Source: Octopus bimaculoides (Eukaryota). Taken from it: 64,000 nt of DNA. This document shows positions 22,748 to 35,239 of the stretch, in pieces (position 1 is the first letter of the stretch; every line of letters starts with the position of its first letter). The translations under genes and the position numbers were made by a program. The stretch covers positions 1,829,416 to 1,893,415 of the forward strand of contig NC_068984.1 of assembly GCF_001194135.2 (NCBI RefSeq). Direction: 5' to 3'. Below the pieces are notes generated by a model. The model ran no database searches, was not told where the DNA came from, and was given only the letters and a program-made list of their open reading frames with translations.

Positions 22748-24490
22748 AAAGTGTGTGTGTGCGTGTGTGTGTGTGTGATAACTTTCTTTATTAGCCACAC
22801 AGGGCCGAATACAGAAGGGACAAAATACAATGTAGTGCTTTTCTTTTCGAAAGAAAAAGGGAGGAAATAGNNNNNNNNNNNNNNNNNNNNNNNNNNNNNN
22901 NNNNNNNNNNNNNNNNNNNNNNNNNNNNNNNNNNNNNNNNNNNNNNNNNNNNNNNNNNNNNNNNNNNNNNNNNNNNNNNNNNNNNNNNNNNNNNNNNNNN
23001 NNNNNNNNNNNNNNNNNNNNNNNNNNNNNNNNNNNNNNNNNNNNNNNNNNNNNNNNNNNNNNNNNNNNNNNNNNNNNNNNNNNNNNNNNNNNNNNNNNNN
23101 NNNNNNNNNNNNNNNNNNNNNNNNNNNNNNNNNNNNNNNNNNNNNNNNNNNNNNNNNNNNNNNNNNNNNNNNNNNNNNNNNNNNNNNNNNNNNNNNNNNN
23201 NNNNNNNNNNNNNNNNNNNNNNNNNNNNNNNNNNNNNNNNNNNNNNNNNNNNNNNNNNNNNNNNNNNNNNNNNNNNNNNNNNNNNNNNNNNNNNNNNNNN
23301 NNNNNNNNNNNNNNNNNNNNNNNNNNNNNNNNNNNNNNNNNNNNNNNNNNNNNNNNNNNNNNNNNNNNNNNNNNNNNNNNNNNNNNNNNNNNNNNNNNNN
23401 NNNNNNNNNNNNNNNNNNNNNNNNNNNNNNNNNNNNNNNNNNNNNNNNNNNNNNNNNNNNNNNNNNNNNNNNNNNNNNNNNNNNNNNNNNNNNNNNNNNN
23501 NNNNNNNNNNNNNNNNNNNNNNNNNNNNNNNNNNNNNNNNNNNNNNNNNNNNNNNNNNNNNNNNNNNATAGGTCCCGGCCCGAATGTTGTCCTGAACAGG
23601 CGAGTCAGGTGTTCCTCGTCGACACCCAGATTCTGCTTGAGAACGTCGTCACACCTCCCCTCCACTAATCCTCTACAGAACGCCTTCGTGGAATTGAAGT
23701 CACATAAGTTTGGTCCCGGACGGCAGAGTTGCTTGAGAGCAAGGCGGCACACACAGTGCCATTCGCCCTTCCTCGGCCTCTTCTTGATCCACGACTGCAG
23801 TTCGGCCAAAGAGGCGAGCTGCGGGAAAGTGCACCTCACAAACGGCGACAACACCTGTTCATTGTCGTCTATGAAGCGCCGGAGATGTCGCCATCTCAGC
23901 GCATGTCCGCGCATCATCAACCACGGCATGCCCAGCCCTCCATTTAGCGGGTGTTGACAGTAAATGGATCGCCTAACCATCGGAACGCTTCCTTTCCACA
24001 AAAAGCAGAAGAGTATGCGTTCCAGTTTGGCGATGGTAGGGTCAGAACAAGGCGCGACGGTCAGACGGTAATCGATGACGATTGCAATGTACGCGTTCGC
24101 CACTTCCTGCATGGTTTTCTTGTTGTTGCTGTTGTTGTTGTTGTTGCTGTTGTTGTTGTTGTTGCTGTTGTTGTCTCTGTGCTAATGGGCAATTGATTTT
24201 TGGGTGTGATTTGCTACCACATACGTAGCAACGTGGCTTTCTGCCTTCGACGGCCACGTGCAAATTCGAACTGTCTGTCAGTTTGATAAGATGTGGAATC
24301 CTTTCAATGCTGATTGGATCAACTTGAGCAAGGATTTCCACTCCTTGACCAGTCCAGGACAGCGATTTCCAAGATGTGGATTGCCTCCTCGATATCATAA
24401 CAAATGGCAGACAAGCCATTTGATTTGTATTTCGGGGGCACATCTTTGATTTTTATTTTTGTGATCCTACGACCAAGGTATGTAGGTGAA
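21506..24490 (-). mobile_element. Tx1/L1-clade LINE: three head-to-tail partial copies, the longest internally deleted
   Basis: ORF1 zinc knuckle RKPRCYVCGSKSHPKINCP (about 24180-24250); ORF2 post-RT LERILFCFLWKG...GGLGMP (23570-24110); C-terminal TCPGCGQSDENVLHALVQCP; 3' end GCTAATAAAGAAAGTTAT followed by (CA)n at about 22777. Confidence 0.85.
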
Positions 24491-24494
24491 GGTG

Positions 24495-24950
24495 TTAGAT
24501 AGATAGATGGATTGATAGATAGATAGATAGAGAGATAGATAGATAGATAGATAGAAGGATAGATAGATAGATAGAAGGATAGATAGATAGACAAATAAAT
24601 AGATAGATAAATAAAGAAATAGATAGATAGATAGTTAGATGGATAGATAGATGAATAAATAGATAGATAGATAGATGATAGATAGATAGGTAGGTAGGTA
24701 GGTAGACAGATAGATAGATAGATAAGTAGATAGATAGATAGAGGGACACACAGATAAATAGATAGTNNNNNNNNNNAAATAAATAGATAGATAAATAAAG
24801 AAATAGATAGATAGATAGTTAGATGGATAGATAGATGAATAAATAGATAGATAGATAGATGATAGATAGATAGGTAGGTAGGTAGGTAGACAGATAGATA
24901 GATAGATAAGTAGATAGATAGATAGAGGGACACACAGATAAATAGATAGT
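24495..24950. repeat. (GATA)n-type tetranucleotide microsatellite, representative of dozens of (CA), (TA), (GA), (TATG), (TATC), (AAT) tracts across the window
   Basis: Direct reading; these tracts generate most of the low-complexity ORFs in the supplied track. Confidence 0.95.
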
Positions 24951-25273
24951 GAGATGAGGTTATGTATCATGAATTTATAGTAAGCGTGTGATGGTGGCAT
25001 GTGAAAGACGTGTACTTTTGCAAATTGGTGCCACTCTCTAACCTGTTCTGGCGATGTGGGTAAAGTTGTTAACATACCAGCACGGCTTAAGTTTGATTTA
25101 ATCCGATTAGGAGGTGCTTAACAGATAACCCCTGGCTACCCCTTGCTAGTTGTTTACACTAGGGCATCTTATTCCCCCTTCTGGGCAGTTCATTGGATGA
25201 AAGTATTAAAAACTTCCTTAGAAAAATAAGTAATATATTAGGAAAGTGAAAAAAGTAATAAAAAAACAACAAC

Positions 25274-25348
<75 letters not shown>

Positions 25349-25859
25349 AACAAAGCAAGAGGCTATTTAAAACTAAATTGCAATTCGTTATTTAATTTTC
25401 TACGAAAGACAGGCGAATTCGTCGTTGTTCATGGCTAACTTAATACACACGAATTAAAAGGTGAGCTAGAGTAAAAACAGTTCAGATTTAACCAGATTTC
25501 CTTAAACGGTTAAGAAATATAAAGACAGTCATGGAGTCCACAAACGTTGATAAATGTTCAGTTAATCTTTTTTTCTACATTTAAGGTGAGTGAGACGGTG
25601 GTATAGGCTGAGGGAGTTTGCAGAAGATAGGTTTAGATAAAGTGTTTAGTATCGAAGGTTTAGAAAGTGTTGGGACTACACAAGCGCCGGGGGGTGGTGA
25701 GCATAAAAGTAACCCAAAGAAGTATTTTGATGCAATAATAAGAAAGGTCCAAGAGACTGAAGGAGGTTAGATATCAGGGAAGAGGGACTATTTTAGTAAT
25801 CGGAGTATCACCAAAACTTGTTGATCATCCTCAGGCCAGTCATCGTAGTGAAGAATCAT

Positions 25860-26240
25860 AGTTAAAGGTGTCCAGCCGTGAATATTGTTTTGCGTTCAGA
25901 CGTAGTATATCTAGAAGTACATCACTCAATGTGTCCTTCCTTTTTAAAACGACAGAGAGTCATTTTAGGAATGTTTGACTGTTATTATAAGATGTCTCTT
26001 AGATCTACCATTTCACCCGCAACAAAAATGACCTCCACTCCTCACAGTTGGATGCTCTACTATTCCCTCTACTCCCTCACCTACCCCCAGTCTTTCTACT
26101 ATTCAGTACACCAATCCTTTCTCATCCACTCATCGTTGTTTCTCTGGAATTCTTTCTCCTGGAATGCTGTTTTTTTTGAAGCTGTGATCCAGTCAATGTT
26201 CAAGAGGAATACAAACCACGTCGATCTCACCGGTTCCGAA
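25860..26240 (+). mobile_element. CR1/L2-type LINE 3' remnant
   Basis: SFLIHSSLFLWNSF...FFEAVIQSMFKRNTNHVDL resembles the SF......LWN.LP...FK..IN C-terminus. Confidence 0.5.
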
Positions 26241-26599
26241 GACCCTACGAAGGCTGGAATCTCAGCTCCCTTCACAATCCCGACCCCACTAAGAGCCCCA
26301 TTCGAATGCCAGCGTACACGCCCCCTTTTTGTCTGGAATAAAATAAAAAAAACACTTCTAAAATTCGCTTATAAAAAAATTAAATCCGCCATCGATAAGG
26401 AAATCCTCTTTTTCGATGTTCAACTCTCTCAATAATCCCCTTTTTTACTCCTGTTTTAGGTGGTCTTTAGCCCCTTTTTTTATTTTTATCTCCAATTTCT
26501 TATTCAGTTTTTCAGTTCTTGTTTGTAAGGAGTTTTGTAATTCATTTCTTTTATCCTTTAAAAATTCTTTGTTTCTCAGCCTAAAGATTGCGCCCATGC

Positions 26600-27070
26600 T
26601 GGGGCACTGCAAGTATTGTCACCTTTTCGATAGCCATTCTCATATGGTAGGCATTTCATGAATGAGGATGTTTGATAATGCTGCCCTGTTTCGAGTTTCT
26701 TGTTGCGATGTTGGTTCATCTGGGATCATGGACAGCAGAAAGCCAAGTTGCTTCTTGAAAACATCTGCCCGCATTCCATGTAAATCGCGTAGGTGTTTTG
26801 GCAAGATATTTAATAGCTGTGAGCCTTTGAATCCCAAACTATTGCAGCATTTCGACCTTACCCTAGTCGGGATGGATGGAATCTTTGGAACAGTGCAGCG
26901 GCGTCCTGTTCAAGGAAAGTATAACTCTTGATTCCACAGTTTGGAATACATTCTTTGGAACTTGCAGCCTATTTGGCCTCACAATCAGTTTTCCTTCAAA
27001 GGTCTTCCATATGTACATCACCACATGCCTATCCTACCTTCGCCTCAGGGAGGAGTCATAGCTCTTTCAA
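26600..27070 (-). mobile_element. CR1-clade LINE 3' end
   Basis: GFKGSQLLNILPKHLRDLHGMRADVFKKQLGFLLSMIPDEP matches CR1 C-terminal GP.LFN.LP..LR......FK..LD..L..IPD.P. Confidence 0.75.
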
Positions 27071-27599
27071 TCTCTCCCAGTAGCTCAAGCTACATACATG
27101 CATGCATGCATACATACATACATGCATACATACATACATACATGCATACACGTACACACACACACACACACACATTTATATATATGTATGATGTAAATGT
27201 ATACCGAGTAATATGCTTTGTAATCGCGTTCTGTAATCGACTCTGCGTTCCGTTTAGCATTTCAATCTCATATAATACTTGCGTTACAATCCGAGCAGAG
27301 ACAGGCTAAATTGCTATAAAGGTCAGTCGCGTAATATCGGAATAATCATAAAATCAAATGTTGATAATTTGAATGAACGTTCCGAGTAGTTACAAAAGAT
27401 AACTGTCGTCAATCGACGTTTCAAAATATTCAAAATATGCGACTATTCCTACACACACTCACACACACACACGCGCACACACACGCGCGCACACACACGC
27501 GCGCACACACACACGCACACACACACGCGCGCACACATACCATCTAAGAATCCATAAGTGAGGAAAAATGCACTTGTTTATCTGTCAACAGAATTGGTA

Positions 27600-28900
27600 T
27601 ATTGATCAAAGTGTACAATATTATCTTGCCATTACGGCCGATCTTACCAATCGGTTTCACACTTGAGGGGTTCAACGGAGTGTTAGATAACAACCCGATT
27701 ATGTAAACCTGCGCTCTTCAGAGATGGCAATTATGGAATGGAATATAACGACTAATTTCTATTGTTGGAGGTGAACGGTTCGTGGTTGCAGTGAAACGAA
27801 CCGAGCAAGAGTTGAGTTAAGAGTTATGTATGTGTATAGTGTTTGCGGGGAATGGGGGTTCCAAAGGCTGCATACACGTCTGTGTTCGTTAGTCTGTTGG
27901 GTGGTAGTCCACCGTGTTAGGGCGTGTGCGTTTGTGTATGTTCTGGGCAAACACTTTGCCGGATTCCCAGGTGTTGGGATGGCCGAAGCTGGGGAGCTGG
28001 TGATTATAGTCACGACGGGGCACGCCGGTATGACAGGATGTACTTCCTTTCATGTGGGCAAGGATTAAAAATTTCACTCCTGCTGTTCAGGTAGATGTCC
28101 GGGTGCTGAGAGCTCTTTAATATCGCTCTTTTCTCAACCAAGCATGATCTGCACTTCTTGCTGCTACTTAAGTACGCTTTACATTTCTGTAGAATCTTCC
28201 ACTTTATGCCATACTCGGTGGCATTTTCTTTTAACAGTCATGCGGGCTTGGCCAGAGTTGTGGCGTTACGTCTCTCCGAGATGTTGAAGGAGAAGTTGTG
28301 GTTGTTATAGCGGGTTCTAAAAAGACTTCAGTTGTTCCCACGTACTTTCGAACGTTTGGTTGCCCATTTAGTTCTATTGCTGTTACCTCTGTCTCGTATA
28401 CGATGGTCTACGTGTTACAGTGGCCGTTCAGTGGACATGCTGTGTTACCTCTACATGAGCATTCTGTCTCTGTCTCAGGCGTGGGGCTATATACTAAAAT
28501 CCTTTAAATTGGATGCACAACTAAAAGAAACTCTCTGAGTGTGTCTATTAAATATCTTACTGACTCTACTCGTACGAGGGAAGTGTTTGTCCACTAAGCT
28601 AAAGAAACCTTTCTTACCTACTCAGGTCTTGATACTTAGAGAGAAGAGCCGTGTGGACCGCAACACTTTCCGGTGCCGTTTTCTCTTGGAGGCTTTAGGG
28701 TCTGGCATATAACTAATTATTTCCTTGAAACCGCCGGTGGCTAGAGCCTCATTATAGTACGGGGCGACAACATAAAAAATCCCTTTATTTGAAAATAGGT
28801 GGGAGATAGGCTCTTGAAAACTATGGCTAGATGTTAATATACGATAGATTCTCATTTGGCTTCTCAAAGGGTCTATAAGGTACCAGACTCGAAGACAGGG
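27600..28900 (-). mobile_element. Penelope-like element 3' part (RT thumb/linker, GIY-YIG endonuclease, 3' pseudo-LTR)
   Basis: APYYNEALATGGFKE..RKRHRK; LVDKHFP..KIFNRHT.RVSFSC; CPLNGHC..IVYE...YVGTTE..RYNNH...YGIKWKILQ...CRSCLVEK...LNSRSEIFNPCPHERKYIL (stops and a frameshift present). Hammerhead remnant in the downstream non-coding part. Confidence 0.88.
27626..27730 (-). ncRNA. Decayed type I hammerhead in the Penelope-like pseudo-LTR
   Basis: Minus strand: TTGCCAT CT CTGAAGA GCGC ...long loop... GTGT GAAA C CGAT TGGTAAG ATCG GCC G T A ^ ATGGCAA. Stem I TTGCCAT/ATGGCAA. Confidence 0.6.
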
Positions 28901-28984
28901 AAACATCAAGCGGTTGTATGTATGTATGTATGTGTGTATGTATGTATGTATGTATGTATAGTCGTAAACATCCCAATCAAGGGC

Positions 28985-29339
28985 GAAAGCTTACTTCCCA
29001 GCCACATGGTTCCGGGTTCATTCCACTGCGTGACACCTTGGGCAAGTGTCCTCTACTATAGCTTCGGGCCGACTAAGGCCTTGTGAGTGGATTTGGTAGA
29101 CGGAAACTAAAAGAAACCCGTCCAATATAAATGTATGTATGTATTTGTTATTTGTGTCTGTTTGTCCTCCACCATCGCTTGGTGTGTTTAGGTCCCCGTA
29201 ACCTAGCGGTTCAGCAAAGAAGACCGATAGAATAAGTACTGGGCTTACAAAGAATAAGTTCTGGGATCTATTTGTTCGACTAAAGGCGGTGCTCCAGCAT
29301 GGCCGCAGTCAAATGACTGAAACAAGTAAAAGAATAGAA

Positions 29340-29340
<1 letters not shown>
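28985..29340 (+). mobile_element. tRNA-derived SINE family A, near full length
   Basis: B box GGGTTCATTCC, GGGCAAGTGTCCTCTACTATAG body, internal (TATG)n, tail CCAGCATGGCCGCAGTCAAATGACTGAAACAAGTAAAAGAATAG. Confidence 0.85.
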
Positions 29341-29399
<59 letters not shown>

Positions 29400-29547
29400 T
29401 TGTGTGTGCGCTCGCGTACACCTTCTCCTCTCTTCGTACACTACAAAGAAATTCTGAGTTTTATTTACTTTTAATTTCCCCACCCGATATACAACATCCA
29501 CATAGCTCTGTCCCGGGTGTCTTGTGAAAAGCATGCAAACTCTTAAC

Positions 29548-29580
<33 letters not shown>
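29548..29580 (+). repeat. (CCG)11 trinucleotide repeat in a GC-rich patch
   Basis: Direct reading; flanked by pyrimidine/CpG-rich sequence to about 29740. Confidence 0.95.
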
Positions 29581-29581
<1 letters not shown>

Positions 29582-29937
29582 ATTTACCCCGCTTCTCTCC
29601 CGCTCTTCTTCATTCACGAGCCTCGTCTTATTCTCTCAGCCGTCGCTCTCTTCACCTCCACACACACACACACTCATAACGGCTGCTTTACCTGTCCAAC
29701 AGGTTTGTCCGCCTCCAGCCTTCAGCTCTACCTGTCCAACCAGTATGAGTGTGTCATTGGATGTAGATAGTGAGAGCCACTTTAGGATCAAACAACCATT
29801 GAAACTACTGTTCACTTTGGGACAAATGCAGCTAGTAAGTTAACCTATCCATCTATCTATCTATCTAACTATCTATCCATCTATCTATCTGTTTGTAATG
29901 TCTAAGTGTATGTGTGTGTCTGTTATATGGGGGTGAA

Positions 29938-29989
<52 letters not shown>

Positions 29990-30698
29990 GTGTAAATAAG
30001 ACGTGTGTTAGAGAAAGAATGCGAGAGGACTGGTTGTGNNNNNNNNNNNNNNNNNNNNNNNNNNNNNNNNNNNNNNNNNNNNNNNNNNNNNNNNNNNNNN
30101 NNNNNNNNNNNNNNNNNNNNNNNNNNNNNNNNNNNNNNNNNNNNNNNNNNNNNNNNNNNNNNNNNNNNNNNNNNNNNNNNNNNNNNNNNNNNNNNNNNNN
30201 NNNNNNNNNNNNNNNNNNNNNNNNNNNNNNNNNNNNNNNNNNNNNNNNNNNNNNNNNNNNNNNNNNNNNNNNNNNNNNNNNNNNNNNNNNNNNNNNNNNN
30301 NNNNNNNNNNNNNNNNNNNNNNNNNNNNNNNNNNNNNNNNNTCTGTCTTCTCAAGCAATAAACTTTTACGTTCAATCTGTGGATGATTTAAAGTCTGTTT
30401 TCATCAGTAAATACAGCTGGTTTATAAATATATATACTCCAAGGTAAATGTAGCTGGTTTATTAATAATCTGGTTTATTAATTTCATAATCAGGTAAAGT
30501 CTTTCTAAGTTTCACCATTTTATTTAACTATTTTCATTATTTTTCGTATTGTATTACTATTATTATATTCCGCCAAGGTCGACTTTGCCTTTCACCCTAC
30601 AGAGATCGATAAATTAAGTACCAGTTGCGTACTGGAGTTGATCTAATCGACTGGCCCCATCCCCACAAATTTCGGGCCTTGTGCCTAGTGTAGAAAAG

Positions 30699-30752
<54 letters not shown>

Positions 30753-31666
30753 TATTTGAATCCAAATTCCACCTTTACCTTTCATCTCTCCGGGGTTGAT
30801 TAAATAAGCTATCACTTAAGTACGGGTGTCAATGGTCTCGAAAGTTCCCCGCCCCTCAAAACTGCTAACCTTGTGCCTACTATTTACTATCATATTTACC
30901 GTTGTTGTTATGGTTTGGCCTCTGGCCAGCCTTCAACCAGCCGACCTGCCAAAAATATTCCATCCGTGACAATCCCGTCTTTCATATTTCAAGCATTATC
31001 TATCGACATTATCCAATGTAGCCTTTTTTTTCAACACAGTAATTTGAGGGAGATTTAGCTGCTATTACTCGAAGATCAACCTTCTATTCAAAGGTTTCCT
31101 TCTGGTCTCATTGTTACTTTATTTTCTTCAGTGACGGGACGAGGGGGTGAGTGCGGTGGGCCGCCTCGTGTGACGCTTTCATGGGGTAACTCCCCCCGGG
31201 TGGCAGAAACTAGCTATTCCACTGCTTTTCTGACAAGTTTTTTGGGAAGAGAAGGCACTCCGCCACCATAGACAGTCGTGGTTTTGTACAGACATGACAC
31301 CACCACCACCACCACTACCACCACTGCCACCACTACCACCACCACTACCATCATCATCGTCATCACCAATGTTGTTGTTTGTGGTCATTATTATGGTACA
31401 GCCGTCGGCCCAGGACAGGAATAAAAATGGCAAAAAGAAAAGAAAAACATTTAATTCTTCCGTCTGCGTTCCAAGTTCAAACCCCGTCGAATTGGCTCTC
31501 TTTTCCATCCCATCAATCCCCTACATGGTTATTCTGCCTGCTAGAAACAACAACAAAATCTTCTTCCACGTGTTTCCTGCACATGTCCACTAACAGCTGG
31601 TCAAACTGACCATTAAGTGTTCCAGATTGACCAGACTCTAACGTCACTGCGTCTTCCTCCTGACAA

Positions 31667-31716
<50 letters not shown>

Positions 31717-31871
31717 ACACACACACACACGTACATACATACATAATACATACATACATATATACATACATGCATACACAGACATACATACATGCATGCA
31801 TACTTACATATTTATATACATATTCGTATACATATATATAAAACAATATATACATACACACACATGATCTC

Positions 31872-31949
<78 letters not shown>

Positions 31950-32100
31950 TATGTATATATATATATATATATAATATATATAAAAATGCATTTATATATG
32001 TATGTATATAAACATGCATATATGTATATATACACATACATACAAACATAATACATACATACGAACTTACAAATACACACGCACACACACACGCACACAC

Positions 32101-32209
<109 letters not shown>

Positions 32210-33737
32210 AAACTTTCACAAGAAGACTCGTGTCAGTAACTTCGAAGTTTGAGCCTGTAAGCTTTCATCTGACGAAATTGTTTTTATTAGAAACGTTTAA
32301 TGGAATAAAAAAAACTTCGCTGCAGCATCTATCATTTTGTGTAAAATATGTGTTTTACATTATAATTCGATTGCAATGAAAATTAAATGACTTAAAATTA
32401 TTCACTTCTGTAAACAAAAAGATTTTAATCTGTTATGATTCTGCTCATGCTGGAGCAATGATATAATAAGTCATCGATCTCTTCAAGCATCGATTAATCG
32501 TTACGATCCATCTCTATTATTCTCCAGTTTTCATCCACAAACATTTAAAAACATTCCTTCGTGGTTCTTCTGTGCACCGTCTACCCCAGCCCACACGATC
32601 ACACCCCACCCTGCTTCTTGTTCGATCAATTGATACAAACTGATCGAACTCCGTCAATGAATATCAAACACGTTGCGTCTGCTTCAATGTCTAATGTTGT
32701 TGTTGTTGTTATAGAGAAGCGAGATATGACATTTTAATTCAATGAGAAATTAATTTACGTTAATTGTAAAAGGGTGAAAGATGATATCCTGGTGGTGCTG
32801 TTTAACCCCAGGTCAGCCTTGATCGAGCAAGTCAAAGACATTCCAATCATGACCATATAACTGATTTGCAGGGAGTATGTAGGTCTACAATATTCACTGA
32901 GTTCAAATGGTTTGAGGAAGATTATGCTGTCATTTTGTGTAGATGGAGTGATTACGTAGAGGATCCTTTGTTGGTGCGAAAGAGAGTTTTATTTATCGTA
33001 ATTAGTAGAAGTGGTGATAACTGTAATTAATGGAGTTGATAACTGTAATTAGTGGAAGTGATAATTGATTAGACATCTTGTACAAGACAAAACTCATTTG
33101 AAATGGTTCATGCAGCTTGTTTTAATTTTCATTTATGGTGTTGAAGATCTGGTTACATGATATTGACTTTTAAATGGAGGGTTGCACAGAAAACGTCCCC
33201 TATTTAGGACGGCCACTAGTCAGGATCGTGTCTTCATTTAGCTTATATATTATGATTTTCTTTTAGCTACTGTTATTGTTTGGACTAGTGGGCATCGTGT
33301 GTTTGATGTTGCAACACATGTCAAGAATGGTGAATTTAGGAGGGTTCTTTTGCCTGTAACATTACAAAATATTAATTCTGGAGGATTCTACGATGTTGCC
33401 TTGTCCAGTCTTCTGCTAAAATTCCATCCACGTCTGCGAGTTTTTACAGGAATATTAAATTGACCTTACTATCTTACAAATACTTTGTTTTATTGACTCC
33501 AGAAGGCTGAAACGTGAAGTTGACTTCAATAGGATTTGAATTCAAGACGTAAAGAAATATAACTAAACAACGCATGAATTTTGTGCGATACTCTAATGAT
33601 TTTGCTAAGAAAATCATAAAACTAAATTTGTGTGGATATGAAACGTTACAGGTATAGCATAACAAAGAGACACATCTTAAATATGGCAGTTTTTGATTTG
33701 GGGTGAGAATTAGTATAACAAACAACATTCAAATAGC

Positions 33738-33968
33738 ATTATTTACATTTGACGGATATTTGTCCTCATCTTGTTTGTTAACATAACGTTTCGGCTGATA
33801 TACCCTCCAGCCTTCATCAGGTGTCTTGGGGAAATTTCGAACTTGGGTTCTCATTCCTAAAGTATTTTTCGATGTTATTATTATTATTATTATTATTTAG
33901 GTCACTGCCTGGAATCGAACTCGGAATCTTGGGGTTAGTAGCCTGCGCTCTTAAACTACTACGCCATA
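33738..33968 (-). mobile_element. tRNA-head SINE-like element with internal hammerhead, copy B
   Basis: Reverse complement gives TGGCGTAGTAG (A box), GAGTTCGATTCC (B box), (AAT)n, then GACAC CTGATGA A GGCTG GAGGGTATAT CAGCC GAAACGTT ATGTT (33780-33825). Confidence 0.85.
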
Positions 33969-34298
33969 TTCCCGTGGGCAGTTATGGAGTGAATTTTTAG
34001 GGCTTATAAATCTAATAATTGTATTCAAATAGCAGCTCTGAAAAGAAGTTTCTGGAGATTTCTAGCAAGACTGAACTTGTCTGAGAGTGAAATCGTAACC
34101 CCATTTTTTTTTAATGTTTCACGTTACGTAACAGAATGAAGTTTTATAACATTCGACCATTAACTTTATTTAACTTATTGTATATTTAATCGTTATTGCT
34201 TTTTTTTCTTTTACAGAGAATTTTTGTTAATTAAAACCGAACGGCTTCCGAGGAGAAGACCTAACCCCAATCATCTTTACAAAAGAAACCAAAGCAAG

Positions 34299-34707
34299 AT
34301 GGAGGTCCAATACTACAGCGATATCACCCGAGTATATCACACTAACTACGTGAGAAACTCCCGTGCTATCGCTGTGCTGTGGGGCATTTTTACAATCTGT
34401 TTCACACTGTTAAATATTGTCGTCTTCATTCAACCTCAATGGTTTGGTGATACAATGAACTCGCCGGATATAGGTTTCTTCGGACTCTATGAATATTGCG
34501 AAAGAACTGCAGGATCTACTGATTTCCAATGTATCGGGGAATTTACTAATATGGAGTCTATACTGAATGCTTCGTTTAAGGCGGCCGGATTCTTCGTTGG
34601 TTTCTCAGCTCTGTTGTTTATTATTTGTGTACTTTGCTTGTTACTGTTCTTCTTCCTAAATACTGCAACAGTCCTCAAGATATGTGGATGGATACAAACG
34701 TTATCGG
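34299..34707 (+). CDS. LHFPL3/4/5-like (Tmhs): LHFPL tetraspan gene B, coding exon 1 (409 nt, ends phase 1)
   Basis: MEVQYYSDITRVYHTNYVRNSRAIAVLWGIFTICF...FIQPQWFGD...GFFGLYEYC...NTATVLKICGWIQTLS; YHTNYVRNSRA and NTATV.KIC are the hallmark LHFPL3/5 motifs. Acceptor TTTTACAG at 34209-34216, donor TCGG|GTGAGT at 34707/34708. Confidence 0.96.
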
Positions 34708-35239
34708 GTGAGTCCTACAAATATTTCACAGACGCAAGGCACTAAATTTATGGAAATAACACCAAACTATTGCATATAATAAAGGGGACACTTACGTGGT
34801 TGAGCGACCTGTTAGAAATTTCTCCCTAAATCAAATTTAATAAAGGACAAAAGAGTCAGTAGGGGACCCACAATGTAAATACTCAGATTTCTCTCTAAAC
34901 AGCAGCCAAACTCACCTAAACTCACACTCTATAATGTTACAAAGGAATAACACATAAGATAATGCGAATCTGTATTACCCCTTCAAGGGACGAGACGATC
35001 AATCATTGGTCTGTTTGGTCTATCGTTGATCCGTTTAGTCAACGCTAACGTTTCTATCAGTCAAACCACATTATTTCAGGGAAATCTATTAACTTTTCAA
35101 CACTGATAAGAAATCAATTAATTAGTCAAACACGGTTTTATGTATTCTGAAAGTGGACATAGAAACTGCATTCTATGGTGTACGTTTGCGAACTATGTTA
35201 TACTAAAGCATAATGTAGGATAGAGTAGTGTTATTGTTT

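Noticed and set aside
24495-24960. About 190-nt (GATA)-rich block duplicated on both sides of a 10-N gap
   Set aside because: Identical overlap flanking a minimal gap is typical of unmerged contig ends, not a real duplication.
32255-32310. CTGACGA...GAAACGTT hammerhead-like spacing
   Set aside because: Stem II is only a weak AT-rich pairing and stem I is not convincing; such spacing is expected by chance at this window size.
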